Assembly (NCBI GenBank): GCA_964016885.1
Contig: CAXHJY010001477.1
Span: 124,001-188,000 of the forward strand
DNA: 64,000 nt
Source: Eledone cirrhosa
Taxonomy: Eukaryota
Direction: 5' to 3'
In this document: positions 63,501-64,000 of the stretch, piece after piece
How positions within the stretch are numbered: position 1 is the stretch's first letter
How the letters are laid out: every line of letters starts with the position of its first letter
Program-made: the position numbers and the translations under genes
Notes under the pieces: generated by a model
Databases searched by the model: none
What the model was told of the DNA's origin: nothing
The model's input: only the letters and a program-made list of their open reading frames with translations

Positions 63501-64000
63501 TAAGAGAGAGAGAGAGAGTGTCTGTATGTAAGAGAGAGTATGTATGTAAGAGAGAGAGAGAGTGAGTGTCTGTATGTAAGAGAGAGAGAGTGTCTGTATG
63601 TAAGAGAGAGAGAGAGAGTATGTATGTAAGAGAGAGAGAGAGAGTGTATGTATGTAAGAGAGAGAGAGTGTCTGTATGTAAGAGAGAGAGAGTGTGAGTG
63701 TCAGTATGTAAGAGAGAGAGAGAGAGAGTATGTATGTAAGAGAGAGAGAGAGTATGTATGTAAGAGAGAGAGAGAGAGAGTGTCTGTATGTAAGAGAGAG
63801 AGAGAGTGTCTGTATGTAAGAGAGAGAGAGAGAGTGTCTGTATGTAAGAGAGAGAGAGAGAGTGTCTGTATGTAAGAGAGAGAGAGTGTCTGTATGTAAG
63901 AGAGAGAGAGAGTGTCTGTATGTAAGAGACAGAGAGAGTGTCTGTATGTAAGAGAGAGAGAGTGTCTGTATGTAAGAGAGAGAGAGTGTCTGTATGTAAG
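45422..64000. repeat. Compound satellite: variable (GA)n + GTGTCTGTATGTAA, >18.5 kb, runs off the window end
   Basis: Several hundred units of roughly 22-35 bp with spacer variants (GTGACTGT, GTATGTAT, GTGAGTGTCT) and kb-scale higher-order repeats. Confidence 0.98.

Noticed and set aside
45422-64000. Very long ORFs (667-1497 aa; LSLSYIQT/HTDT and ERERVSVCK repeats)
   Set aside because: These are translations of a satellite whose minus strand lacks stop codons; there is no domain, and the frame depends on (GA)n length.

Overview
Repeat-saturated animal DNA, probably from an octopus or other coleoid cephalopod (inferred from recognisable RTE, CR1, SINE and MITE families; not verified). The window appears to lie entirely inside one minus-strand host gene. 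Five small exons (about 0.77 kb) splice in frame to a C1 zinc finger, a low-complexity linker and the start of a C-terminal coiled coil that match PDZD8. The introns hold three giant tandem arrays: a 49-bp minisatellite (1-9440), a (GT)n+spacer array (20354-24690) and a (GA)n+spacer array (45422-64000). They also hold decayed RTE and CR1-type LINEs, tRNA-SINEs, a TA-flanked MITE, and a near full-length Tx1/L1-clade retrotransposon nested in a minisatellite that grew inside a TTAA-flanked piggyBac-type MITE. Best leads: a cluster of minimal hammerhead-ribozyme motifs at 43.5-45.2 kb, including an inverted pair sharing a variant CCGAUGA core; satellites that read as hundreds of decoy splice sites on the transcribed strand; inverted LINE copies flanking single exons; and minisatellites born from transposon ends. 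Most ORFs in the supplied track are repeat artefacts. No prokaryotic features or CRISPR arrays were found.
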